From positions 1-25,676 of IMG/VR virus record IMGVR_UViG_3300026269_000011: 25,676 nt of DNA. One strand, written 5' to 3'. Below the pieces are notes generated by a model, which was not told the origin of the DNA, did not search any database, and was given only the letters and a program-made list of their open reading frames with translations. Positions 8,349-17,181 of the stretch are shown piece by piece. Position numbers and translations under genes: made by a program. The DNA comes from a virus (lineage: Duplodnaviria > Caudoviricetes). Position 1 is the first letter of the stretch. Each line of letters starts with the position of its first letter.

Positions 8349-8976
8349 TTGCAGATCGGTTACTTTGTGTAATTGATTCAACCATTCTATCTGCTGCTTG
8401 CTCAACTACTTTATCAATGTCCTTTCTAGGAATCTGTTTATTAGATACTACAATTTCAGGAATTATATAATTCTGTTCTTCCATTAAGTTCGTCATTATT
8501 AGTGCCGCTTCGTACGGATCGAGAAAGTTCTCATTCTTATCTACTAATGCTGTGTTTACCCAACCGAGACTAACATTAAAGATTCTGCATTTATTATCGT
8601 AAGGCCACTTACTACCAGCCTCAAGACAATAGTCTCTTAATTCTTTTTTATCATATTCGTATATCTCCCCTGTTAAGCCAGGTTGATATATACTTCCAGA
8701 TCCAGTATTGATTATATACTTACCTTCTCTGTCTCTCCATTGAGTGTGTAATACTTTTAAAATCTTACTTTGAAGTCTAGGAAACCATGCATTATTAAAG
8801 ACATAATCTAAATCTTTTCTCAAAATATCATTGATAATATCATTTGCTTCGTCGTTCGCCATATTAAAGCCTGTAGCTCTACTATACCCATAAACTTCAT
8901 ATCCTTTGAACATACAATGGTCATAGATTTCTTTACCTATTCCGCTTGTATGACCTGTAATACCTATTTTTCTCAT
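8335..8976 (-). CDS. Short-chain dehydrogenase/reductase (SDR)
   Basis: IGITGHTSGIG, FNNA, GSGS, YEYDK (YxxxK). Strong AGGAG RBS. Confidence 0.8.
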   Translation of the reverse strand: MRKIGITGHTSGIGKEIYDHCMFKGYEVYGYSRATGFNMANDEANDIINDILRKDLDYVFNNAWFPRLQSKILKVLHTQWRDREGKYIINTGSGSIYQPGLTGEIYEYDKKELRDYCLEAGSKWPYDNKCRIFNVSLGWVNTALVDKNENFLDPYEAALIMTNLMEEQNYIIPEIVVSNKQIPRKDIDKVVEQAADRMVESITQSNRSANASK

Positions 8977-8985
8977 CTACCTCTC

Positions 8986-9132
8986 CTATAAGGAACATAA
9001 CATGTAACCAATCGAGGCGAAGATCATCATAACCATCATAACTAATGCGGTATCTTCATCTTGTCTCGCTTTTTTATTGCGTCTGTAATCATTAGGGCCG
9101 ACGCGTGCCCTCCTTTTTTCTTTTAAGTTCAT
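8986..9132 (-). CDS. Small basic protein with C-terminal TM helix (48 aa, not in ORF track)
   Basis: MNLKEKRRARVGPNDYRRNKKARQDEDTALVMMVMMIFASIGYMLCSL*. Starts immediately after the polymerase stop and fills the gap. Confidence 0.6.
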   Translation of the reverse strand: MNLKEKRRARVGPNDYRRNKKARQDEDTALVMMVMMIFASIGYMLCSL

Positions 9133-11394
9133 TTACTTATAATAATTTTCCCACTTACCAAAACTGTAGTCGTCCCCTATTTCAAAGTCACAACCCACAG
9201 GGCAGCCTGGTATTGAAAATCCTCGATCTCTTTGAACGAAGAATTTCAGTTTTTCACAATAGATTTCCATTTCATCTTCAGGCACTTCTGCTAGAATTGA
9301 GTCATGCACTAGCCCGAATATCTTGGATTTCATCCCCGTCCTATTGATATATTTTTGCATATCTACTGCGCCCAATAGGTTGATGTCTGACGCAACAGAT
9401 TGAACCAAGAAGTTAATGCCACTACGAATCTCGTGAGATGAGATACCTTTATCCTTACTCTGGGCATTGGGAAGTCTACGCTTCCGCCCAAACTGACTAT
9501 AAATAAATGCATTTGCCCTAATAAAAGCATTACAATCATCTAGCCACTTCTTAAGATTGGGGAATGACTCAAAGTATCCCGCAATAACTCTACTTGCTTC
9601 TCGTATGTTAAACTCTTTCCCAGAGTCCTTTGTTACCTGCCAACTAATCTTAGCTGGGCCAGCTCCATACATTATTCCAAATGTAACAGCTTTTGCTTGT
9701 TGACGCCTATCTCCGTAGAGTTCATCTACTTGACCGACCTCACAAGGTAGTTTAAAGACTTGTTTTGCAATAGTAGAATGGAAATTTCCTCCACTCTTAA
9801 ATACATCTTGCAAACCTTTGTCTTTTGACAAAACCGCGGCAACATACACTTCCGCCGTAGTCAAATCCATTGAAACAATCTTGTGTCCTTCGTTTGCTTT
9901 TATGCAACCTTTAACAGTTGGATTATCTCTAGGCAATTGCTGCATATTCAATTTTCCACTACTAGATAGTCTACCGCTAGTAGTTCCATGTAAATTGAAT
10001 CCTGTTCTTAATCTTTTGTCTCTATCTAAATTTGGTATAATTTTATCCAAATATGTAGATTTAATTTTTACTTTCTGCCGTATCTCAAGGATAAGTTTCG
10101 GAACTGCATGACTTGCCGCCAACTGCCCTAAAACCTCGGCATCAGTGGAATCAGCCCCAGTACCCGTCTTTTTACCCGTTGGGGTTAGACCAATATAATC
10201 ATATAAAAGTGATCGTAATTGGACTGTACTATTTGGGTTAAAATTAGATCCTTTAGCTTTCTCAAACTGTCTAACTTCTGGAAACTCATATAGCTTTTCT
10301 ATTGCAGCTTCAATGTCCTTGCTCATAACTTCTTGTGCAAATTCTAATCTTTCCCTATCAAAAGGTACTCCATTACTTTCTACTTGCTTTAAGAAGTTAC
10401 AACCCTCAAGTAATATATTATCATATACCCACTTAAGTTTTTTATTCTTAACTATAGCTGCCGACATCTTCTCATATAATAAAAAGGTTACTACAGCGTC
10501 CATAGCTGCGTAGTTCTTCATTATATCAAAAGGTATCAAATCATAACTGAAGGCGGCTTTAAGTATGCCGTGCTGTTTCCTATAGTTAGCACTCCAGTCA
10601 TCTAATGGTTTTTCATAATCTCCGTATGGAGTATGCTTCATTGCAAGTTGTTTAAGACCGTGAGTGCCTGGGTTTTCATCAAACATATAATGCATAAGCA
10701 TTGTATCTTCAAATTTTGGAAAGACAAATCCAAAATGATATTCAAACCATTGTAAATCAAATTTAGCATTATGAAAGACTACTGTTTTTAATCTAAACAG
10801 TTCTTGCATTTTACTTTCTATATCTACATCTATAATATCAGCGTCGCAATATATACCGTGATTAGGCTCATAAGACATACTGAAACCAAGCATATAACCA
10901 TCTCTAGCATAAAGAGCGCTGGTCTCCGAGTCAAGGGCAATGTATGGTCTTGGAGCATCAATTGCGTCCTGTAAGAATTTAAGTGCTGTTTGTTTGTCTT
11001 GGATTCCGTAACATTTATCTTCATCTAATTTCTCTAATTTTAATTCGCCACTAACATAACCACTAATACTTTGTACTGCTTCTTCAAATGCTTTCTTTGC
11101 TTCAGGTTTAAATCTAATGATAGAAGGATTGATAAGTGCTAAAAATTTCTCATCAATAATCTTACCATTATACTCTGTTACTGAGGTTTTCCTAGTAAAG
11201 TATTTGAATGCTTCAGCGCCAACTAGAATGAGCCAGTCATAATCATCTGAATTTATTTCTAAATCCACATCTTTCTTTAATACCTTCTGTTTAGAACTAT
11301 CTGAACATAAGGCAAATCTGTCAAATTCAAACTCAAAATACTTATCGTAATTCTGAGCAGTTGGTTTTGTTTCTATTAGTGCTATTGTAGCCAT
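9133..11394 (-). CDS. pol: T5-type family A DNA polymerase with 3'-5' exonuclease
   Basis: ExoI ALDSET, HNAKFD, YAAMD. Polymerase motifs TTSGRLSS, DLTTAEV, RQQAKAVTFGIMYG, VHDS. T5-like N-terminal domain (ILVGAE). Confidence 0.97.
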   Translation of the reverse strand: MATIALIETKPTAQNYDKYFEFEFDRFALCSDSSKQKVLKKDVDLEINSDDYDWLILVGAEAFKYFTRKTSVTEYNGKIIDEKFLALINPSIIRFKPEAKKAFEEAVQSISGYVSGELKLEKLDEDKCYGIQDKQTALKFLQDAIDAPRPYIALDSETSALYARDGYMLGFSMSYEPNHGIYCDADIIDVDIESKMQELFRLKTVVFHNAKFDLQWFEYHFGFVFPKFEDTMLMHYMFDENPGTHGLKQLAMKHTPYGDYEKPLDDWSANYRKQHGILKAAFSYDLIPFDIMKNYAAMDAVVTFLLYEKMSAAIVKNKKLKWVYDNILLEGCNFLKQVESNGVPFDRERLEFAQEVMSKDIEAAIEKLYEFPEVRQFEKAKGSNFNPNSTVQLRSLLYDYIGLTPTGKKTGTGADSTDAEVLGQLAASHAVPKLILEIRQKVKIKSTYLDKIIPNLDRDKRLRTGFNLHGTTSGRLSSSGKLNMQQLPRDNPTVKGCIKANEGHKIVSMDLTTAEVYVAAVLSKDKGLQDVFKSGGNFHSTIAKQVFKLPCEVGQVDELYGDRRQQAKAVTFGIMYGAGPAKISWQVTKDSGKEFNIREASRVIAGYFESFPNLKKWLDDCNAFIRANAFIYSQFGRKRRLPNAQSKDKGISSHEIRSGINFLVQSVASDINLLGAVDMQKYINRTGMKSKIFGLVHDSILAEVPEDEMEIYCEKLKFFVQRDRGFSIPGCPVGCDFEIGDDYSFGKWENYYK

Positions 11395-11924
11395 TCTTGT
11401 AACTCGTTATAACTTATATACTTATATAAGTGGTTTTTTAAATGATACTGGATATTCTTGTTGTTCAAATGGAACTGTCCTTCTCCAGTATTTCCCCTGT
11501 GTTGTTTGTCGGAGTAATTAACATTTTCTCCTATCTCATCAGCGTCTATTTTAAATATCACTATAAGATCAGAGAAGAATACTCCGTAAAATAATTGGTC
11601 AAATTCAGACTTCTTCACTTGCTGAATATTACTGTCCCAATCATAATCTTCTCGTTCTGCGAACAAGATATGCCTATCACTTTCAAACTGTAAAGCCTTT
11701 AGAACATTCTGTTCCGTTATTTTCACAGTATGTGATCTTTGTACTCGTGAAAACTTACACTCTACTCTGACATTGTTAATTTTGTCAAAAAGATCATAAT
11801 TTAACTGTTTGCTCATAGCTCCGTTAATTATCTTTTTAACCATAATCTCGGCAACTGTGCCGAATCTACGAGTATGCAATCCGAAGATAGCATCTCTTAA
11901 TTCTATTTCGTAATCTAAGTTCAT
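11382..11924 (-). CDS. Putative PD-(D/E)xK (restriction-like) endonuclease
   Basis: FGTVAE...YDL...RVECKFS catalytic-motif pattern. Confidence 0.6.
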   Translation of the reverse strand: MNLDYEIELRDAIFGLHTRRFGTVAEIMVKKIINGAMSKQLNYDLFDKINNVRVECKFSRVQRSHTVKITEQNVLKALQFESDRHILFAEREDYDWDSNIQQVKKSEFDQLFYGVFFSDLIVIFKIDADEIGENVNYSDKQHRGNTGEGQFHLNNKNIQYHLKNHLYKYISYNELQEWLQ

Positions 11925-12130
11925 AATTTAATCGCCAGTAATAAAAATATAGCTAACATAATCATATTAGCAAAAAACATAAGTCCTGCTAGGATAGTAT
12001 GATACCATATCCATCTAGTCTTATATGCGTTCTCTATTGTTAAATCGTCAGGATCAGCGTCTGCATAGACCTTTTCCTCAAGTTCTTCTTCTTTTCTGCT
12101 TCCCCACAGTATTTGATACCATCGTCTCAT
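11921..12130 (-). CDS. Small membrane protein
   Basis: 69 aa with a C-terminal TM helix and ATGA overlaps on both sides. Confidence 0.7.
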   Translation of the reverse strand: MRRWYQILWGSRKEEELEEKVYADADPDDLTIENAYKTRWIWYHTILAGLMFFANMIMLAIFLLLAIKL

Positions 12131-12969
12131 TCTTTTCCGTATAATTGTTTCTTTAATCTTTTAACCATGTCTGCATTGAAGTCGCCTGGGTCTTGTCCAG
12201 GCGGGAGTTTTATTATTTGTACTCCCATTTCCATCTTCTCTGCGACTCCTTTTAGAGTCTCTGCTGCTGTTTGACCAGCTTCGTCCCCATCATACATTAT
12301 GTCTATTCCCTGTACTCCCTGTAATTTTAAAAGTGAGAGCTTTACCCAATTCATTTGTTGGGTTCCGAAACAACATACTGTATTTCTTAATCCGTGATCC
12401 CATAAATTTAGAGCATCAAATATTCCTTCTACTAGGATTACTCTATTATTCATAGGTTTAACCTTCGCTGGGCAGAAGGGCATTTCTACTCCTTGTGGAT
12501 AGATATAATACTTATCTGTCATTCCACTAATCTTTCTGCCTAACAATGCTACTGTCTTTCCTGTAATGTCTCGAATGGGAAAGATGATGCGACCTTCAAA
12601 CTTTGGAACATTCCAAGTGAAAGCCTGCCATATCTTCAGAGTTTCCTCTGAGATGTTCCTAAAGGAACCACCCTTCCATTCTATTCTATCCTCTGGGAGT
12701 TGGATACCTACAGTTTGCGCTTTTGACTTCGCAATTTTGTCTTTCAATCTGTGTATTCTTACTTCTAACGGACTCTCTGGAGCCCCAAAGTGTGTGAATA
12801 GGTTTCCTGAGAAACCACAGGAAAAACAATGCATTATGCCTGTTACCTTGTCAACCCTTAAGCTAGGGTTGCTGTCATCATGTTCAGGATTTAAACATGA
12901 GATGATAGCATCTTGTCCTTTGACGGAAAAATCTATGTTGCGCTCGCTTAGTAAATCTATTGCTATCAT
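12127..12969 (-). CDS. DNA primase (CHC2 Zn finger + TOPRIM)
   Basis: CLNPEHDDSNPS...CFSC, EGIFDAL, YDGDEAG, DPG. Confidence 0.95.
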   Translation of the reverse strand: MIAIDLLSERNIDFSVKGQDAIISCLNPEHDDSNPSLRVDKVTGIMHCFSCGFSGNLFTHFGAPESPLEVRIHRLKDKIAKSKAQTVGIQLPEDRIEWKGGSFRNISEETLKIWQAFTWNVPKFEGRIIFPIRDITGKTVALLGRKISGMTDKYYIYPQGVEMPFCPAKVKPMNNRVILVEGIFDALNLWDHGLRNTVCCFGTQQMNWVKLSLLKLQGVQGIDIMYDGDEAGQTAAETLKGVAEKMEMGVQIIKLPPGQDPGDFNADMVKRLKKQLYGKE

Positions 12970-12978
12970 TATTTATAT

Positions 12979-13007
12979 ATTATACTAAATTTTTAACCTT
13001 TTGTCAA
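12979..13007 (-). promoter_or_regulatory. sigma70-type phage promoter P2 (primase)
   Basis: AAAATAGTTC-TTGACA (13007-13002), 17 nt, TATAAT (12984-12979). Confidence 0.9.
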
Positions 13008-13025
13008 GAACTATTTTCCTGAGGA

Positions 13026-13601
13026 CTATTCGTACTTATCGGGATCAGGTTCTAATGGTCTCTTTATTAGATCCTTCAATCTTTTTGCTTTAATTCTTGC
13101 CTGCCCCAATTCTGATTTATGGTTCCATTCAAGTTCGTCCCCTTCCTTTTCAAAATCTGTCATCAATTTACCACTGGGATCTTTTGCTTCTTCATAGTAC
13201 ATGCTCTTCCAAACCAATTCAACCATTTGAAAATAGATTGCGACTGCCTTGTCTCTAAAATCTTTTTCTCCCCATAGATACCATACTAGCCAATATTCTT
13301 TATCTATATTGCAAACTCTTATTTCCTGATCTCCAAGCCATGGATTATCTGGAACTAACTCTGCCATACACCTCATTCTCTGACTACCCGCTATTGGGTA
13401 CCAGTTAGGCATAGTCAAAATAGGACTTAACATTCCATGTTCTGATAAGCTCTCCATTAAATTTTTATTCAATGGTACACCTTTTATATTTTCTTTAACT
13501 TTAGGTTGTTCTAAAAGCCAAGAAATCTTTTTAACATACCAAGTGTGTGGTGGTAATGGTACTAGCTCTGCTGTTGCTCTGCTTATTCTATCATTTGCCA
13601 T
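13026..13601 (-). CDS. ParB/Sulfiredoxin N-terminal-like domain protein
   Basis: LMESLSEHGMLSPIL...IAGSQR resembles the ParB/Srx S.x.G..PI...GxxR pattern. Likely start MANDR at 13601. Confidence 0.55.
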   Translation of the reverse strand: MANDRISRATAELVPLPPHTWYVKKISWLLEQPKVKENIKGVPLNKNLMESLSEHGMLSPILTMPNWYPIAGSQRMRCMAELVPDNPWLGDQEIRVCNIDKEYWLVWYLWGEKDFRDKAVAIYFQMVELVWKSMYYEEAKDPSGKLMTDFEKEGDELEWNHKSELGQARIKAKRLKDLIKRPLEPDPDKYE

Positions 13602-13815
13602 CTTCGTCCTCATCTAACAACTCTCGAATTTCTTTTTCTAGACGAAACCATTCCATACCTTTGGTTATCTCTTGTTGTTGTCTTAATAAGTCTATTAGTT
13701 CTTCTTTTCCTACTTTCCTATCATAGTCTTTTTTAGACTTATGTGCGCCCGCGCCAGACTTATTCCTTGATGCCTTTGCAACAGGATTAACTTTACTTAT
13801 CTTTTTAATTTTCAT
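13591..13815 (-). CDS. Small basic protein with ArfA-like motif
   Basis: NPVAKASRNKSGAGAHKSKKDYDRK followed by a helical acidic tail. AGGAG RBS before ATG 13815. Confidence 0.6.
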   Translation of the reverse strand: MKIKKISKVNPVAKASRNKSGAGAHKSKKDYDRKVGKEELIDLLRQQQEITKGMEWFRLEKEIRELLDEDEDGK

Positions 13816-13850
13816 AAATGCTCCTAACATAAATAGTTCACCGGGATCAA

Positions 13851-14324
13851 TCATTTTAGAACTGAACCCTTCCCTAAGATGGAGTGATCCTTGCGTCTTT
13901 CTATCTGTTCAAATACTTTTTGGATAGGATCATCATAGTCTCTTTCTATATCAGAAGGATTATCTTCTGGTGGATAGGTCGTAACTAGATTACCTACTGT
14001 ACGTCTTTTAATATCATTGTGATTAAACTCAGCCCAATACAGTTCAAATGCAACTCCATCTTCTAATCCTTCGAATTGATGGATACAACCTGGCTTAACT
14101 TGTGTAAAGTCGCCCGGATTTAATACTGTTTTGTCTACTAAGTCGTAATCGGTTTGCCAAACTCTAATGAGCATTTTGCCTGATTCTACAAAAAATCCAT
14201 TCCATTTGAACTCGTGTTCATGTTCTGAACATTTGTAGCCAGCTTTATACTCTATTCTATGGAACTCCAGAACTCCGTTGGCGTGGATTAGTTCTGTTTG
14301 TCCCCATATTTTACCTGCTTTCAT
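13851..14324 (-). CDS. Cupin-domain protein (sugar isomerase-like)
   Basis: Start MKAGKIWG at 14324. CSEHEHEFKWNGFFVESG and VKPGCIHQF cupin motifs. Confidence 0.8.
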   Translation of the reverse strand: MKAGKIWGQTELIHANGVLEFHRIEYKAGYKCSEHEHEFKWNGFFVESGKMLIRVWQTDYDLVDKTVLNPGDFTQVKPGCIHQFEGLEDGVAFELYWAEFNHNDIKRRTVGNLVTTYPPEDNPSDIERDYDDPIQKVFEQIERRKDHSILGKGSVLK

Positions 14325-15051
14325 AATGTTTCTCTGTCCAAATTTCAGTACTCCAATCAAAAAAGTGTTGTAAAAACAACTGATAGATTCCTGAAACTGT
14401 TTTAATTTCATACTGTACGGGATCATTCCCGCCAATATCGTAATACTTTTTCCCTTTATACCAACACCCGAAACCTCTGTGTGCTTCTTGTTTGTACTTC
14501 CACCTTTCTTCTGTACCTTTGTAATATACATCGCCTAGATAGAAGGCTCTTTTTGGAGAGAACTCATACTGATCTTCTCCATCTGGTGTTGTTCTATGAT
14601 CTAATTTCCACTCTAAGTTAAGATTCCCATATCTATCTCTTTCTATGGGTTTAATATCTTCAAATATTCCTAAGTATTCGTTTCTATGTTGGCAGTTAAA
14701 ATCTACTACCCAACCTCTTAAATCATAATACTTCTTATGAATTGTAATCTTTTGATCTTTAATTAAGTTAAATAAAATAAACTGATTTACGCCAGGGTGT
14801 ATTCTCATTTTTCCACTTTTAATATCACTCCATATTACAACTGGCTCTCTAAAGCCTTGATTTAATACTGATTCTATAAAAGTAAATAAGCGTAAATGTA
14901 TTCTTTCCTTTTGTCTTTCTAGCCAAATAGGAACAAACTCGCCTGAGTTTAGTTCCTTAAAATTAGCTGTAGGAAAGTTTTTCATACTAACTTCAAATAC
15001 GGCAGCTTGAAAGGGAATACTTGTTACGTCATAAATCACTGTACGTTTCAC
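14311..15051 (-). CDS. Hypothetical protein with degenerate ParB-like motif
   Basis: 246-aa ORF. FIESVLNQGFREPVVIW...RIHPGVNQ. Confidence 0.6.
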   Translation of the reverse strand: MKRTVIYDVTSIPFQAAVFEVSMKNFPTANFKELNSGEFVPIWLERQKERIHLRLFTFIESVLNQGFREPVVIWSDIKSGKMRIHPGVNQFILFNLIKDQKITIHKKYYDLRGWVVDFNCQHRNEYLGIFEDIKPIERDRYGNLNLEWKLDHRTTPDGEDQYEFSPKRAFYLGDVYYKGTEERWKYKQEAHRGFGCWYKGKKYYDIGGNDPVQYEIKTVSGIYQLFLQHFFDWSTEIWTEKHYESR

Positions 15052-16393
15052 CAGTACCTCCCATTTGTTCTTTTAAATCTTCTTTTTGATCGGGATCCAA
15101 TGCAGTCATTGGACCAATCTTTAGTGTCTCCCAATCGAGCTCACTAACAAAAGATTTCATTTCACCGTTTCTCATTTTATCGCATTTGAACTTAATACAA
15201 TTTTCTTCTTTGCCCCAATGTTCTAGGGTGAATGCAGCATCGACCGCGTCAAGAATACCTCTTGAGAATCGTGCTTCACCTTTGGGATTTGTTTGGTAGG
15301 CAGACAGAACCATGCAATTTTGATCTTGAGCAAGCGTTTTCATTGCTTTACTTATCTCAATTTGTTCTGTCCATTCGTACTGCCCAGAGCGACTCGGAAC
15401 GTTGTGGCGACGCACTTGGTTTAAATAATCAATGACTATTAAACCGAGGTCAGGGTATTCTACTTTCTTCTGTCTAACTGTGCTAATAACTTTAGCCATA
15501 GTTAAGCCAGGATCGTAGAACACATCTATCTGTCCTTCTTTCTTTATCTCACAATTTCTGGATAGAGCATAATGGAACTTATCGAAATCATTGTAGATGT
15601 CATACTGTTTAAGTACTTCATCTCCTCCGATGAAACGATCTGCCCACCATTCTCCTATTCTATTCCATTCTTTCTCAAAAAGATTTCTCTTTATAAGTCT
15701 ACCAAGAGGAATGCCTGTAGCCATGCTACACATTCTTTGGAGGATTGGTCTAGAATCCATTTCTATTGTAAAATAAAGAACACTTCGGCCAGCTTGTTGT
15801 GCGTGTACTGCTACATTACAACAAGTGAAAGATTTTCCGTGTCCTCTTTGTGCTCCCACAACGACCAAGTCTTTGGGAGAGAACTGAAAGTTAATATCGT
15901 AATCTTGGTTTAACCCAAGAGGTAGATAATTAGCTAAATCTTCTTCAGAGTCAAACAACTCAATAGTATCCATTTCGTCACTATCTGCCATTGTATCAAC
16001 TCTATCTTGAACCTGTACTACAATTTCTTGTAGGTGGTCTATGTTTTCTTTTGCATCTGCGATACTAATTGTTTCATCAATATAGTACTCAAGTTTATTC
16101 AATATTTCCGTTTGGGTAAATTGATCCTTGAGATACTCTAGTAACTCGTATGCAGGTACATCAGTTTCGACAGCTTCGATTGCATATACTTTTTCCTGTA
16201 GTTCCCGAGACCTAATCTCTGCTTTTAAAGCATCAAATGTTGGGAGAGCATGAAATTTGTGGACGTGCTTGTCCACTACCTTCCATAACTTTTGATATTC
16301 GCCTTCGGGTAGGTAATGTTGCTTCAGGCGATTCCATGAATCGAAATCTCCTTCCGCAAGAATTTGCTTAAGTAATGCACTCTCTACTGTCAT
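15029..16393 (-). CDS. D6: T5 D6-like replicative (DnaB-family) helicase
   Basis: Walker A GAQRGHGKS, FTIEM, VIDYLNQV, YQT, FSRGILDAVD, CDKMRN. Confidence 0.93.
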   Translation of the reverse strand: MTVESALLKQILAEGDFDSWNRLKQHYLPEGEYQKLWKVVDKHVHKFHALPTFDALKAEIRSRELQEKVYAIEAVETDVPAYELLEYLKDQFTQTEILNKLEYYIDETISIADAKENIDHLQEIVVQVQDRVDTMADSDEMDTIELFDSEEDLANYLPLGLNQDYDINFQFSPKDLVVVGAQRGHGKSFTCCNVAVHAQQAGRSVLYFTIEMDSRPILQRMCSMATGIPLGRLIKRNLFEKEWNRIGEWWADRFIGGDEVLKQYDIYNDFDKFHYALSRNCEIKKEGQIDVFYDPGLTMAKVISTVRQKKVEYPDLGLIVIDYLNQVRRHNVPSRSGQYEWTEQIEISKAMKTLAQDQNCMVLSAYQTNPKGEARFSRGILDAVDAAFTLEHWGKEENCIKFKCDKMRNGEMKSFVSELDWETLKIGPMTALDPDQKEDLKEQMGGTGETYSDL

Positions 16394-16410
16394 TTATCTC
16401 TCCCAAGATT

Positions 16411-16439
16411 AACTAGGGAAGATTAAATCTCCCCTAGTT
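16411..16439 (-). terminator. Stem-loop between D5 and helicase (weak terminator or mRNA-stabilising hairpin)
   Basis: AACTAGGGGAGAT-TTA-ATCTTCCCTAGTT, 13-bp stem with one G-U pair, no clear U-tract. Confidence 0.55.
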
Positions 16440-16457
16440 GTTCCTGACAATAAAAAG

Positions 16458-17180
16458 TTAAGATTGAACTCTTTCTTTTCTTGCTGAACCGTCGTAGTCA
16501 GCGCATATAAGTCCACGTCTTGTCAACATAGTCTTTACACCTCTTACAGTTTTACCGATTTCATCAGCAATTTCTTCAACAGTCATGTCGTCGATTGTAA
16601 GCTCAGCTAGTGGATCTGCTTTTCCAGAACCTTTAGTGTGCTCTTGCTTAGGGATAGCGTTTATTTCGCCAGCTCTAAGTAAAGAAAGTGCTTTCCCTCT
16701 GATAGAGTTTACACTCTTTCCTAGAGACTCTGCAATTCCTTCGATAAATGCGCCGTCATTAACCATTCCTACAAAAGTTGCTTCTTCAGCTTCAGTATAA
16801 GTTTTAACACTTTCTACTTTAGGGGCTGGTTTCACATGCTCTGTAAGTTGCATAGAAAGGATCTTACCTTGTATTGATTTTGCACTGAAAGATCCGCTTT
16901 CAAAGTTTGAAGCGATCTCAGCGTAAGTGTAACCGCCAGAATTGTCAGTTACAAAAGCTCTTAAAGTTGCTTCTTGATCGTCTGTAAAAGACTTAGTATT
17001 GCTACTAGAAGCGAGCTCTACATCATATCCCATTTTTCTTAGCTTGGAGCTTACACTTCTTACTGAAGTTTCAAGATCCTCAGCAGCTGCTGCTACTGTA
17101 GCTTGAGAAACGGGGGTTTCGTCACCAACGAAAGATTCTAATGATGCTGTTCTTTCGTCTGTCCATTTAGGTAATGCCAT
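16458..17180 (-). CDS. D5: T5 D5-like DNA-binding protein (tandem HTH repeats)
   Basis: Repeats RSVSSKLRKMGY / KSIQGKILSM / SVNSIRGKALSL / TVRGVKTMLTRRGL. Syntenic between ligase B and helicase. Confidence 0.9.
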   Translation of the reverse strand: MALPKWTDERTASLESFVGDETPVSQATVAAAAEDLETSVRSVSSKLRKMGYDVELASSSNTKSFTDDQEATLRAFVTDNSGGYTYAEIASNFESGSFSAKSIQGKILSMQLTEHVKPAPKVESVKTYTEAEEATFVGMVNDGAFIEGIAESLGKSVNSIRGKALSLLRAGEINAIPKQEHTKGSGKADPLAELTIDDMTVEEIADEIGKTVRGVKTMLTRRGLICADYDGSARKERVQS

Positions 17181-17181
17181 T

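Noticed and set aside
9094-9124. Plus-strand hairpin AGGGC-N8-GCCCT followed by a T-run
   Set aside because: The stem is only 5 bp, it is antisense to all genes, and it is explained by the coding sequence of the 48-aa ORF
12970-12977. T4 late promoter-like TATAAATA before primase
   Set aside because: It falls in the AT-rich stretch just after a sigma70 -10 box, and the phage is T5-like with no gp55 evidence
14325-14531. 69-aa N-terminal extension of the cupin ORF, and similar extensions on D10, asnB, sulfotransferase, carbamoyltransferase and GIY-YIG
   Set aside because: They overlap upstream genes. Downstream starts fit domain boundaries and stop/start coupling better, and AsnB needs Cys at position 2.
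9133-16393. Inteins or introns in polymerase, primase or helicase
   Set aside because: The ORFs are continuous and compact with no splicing motifs
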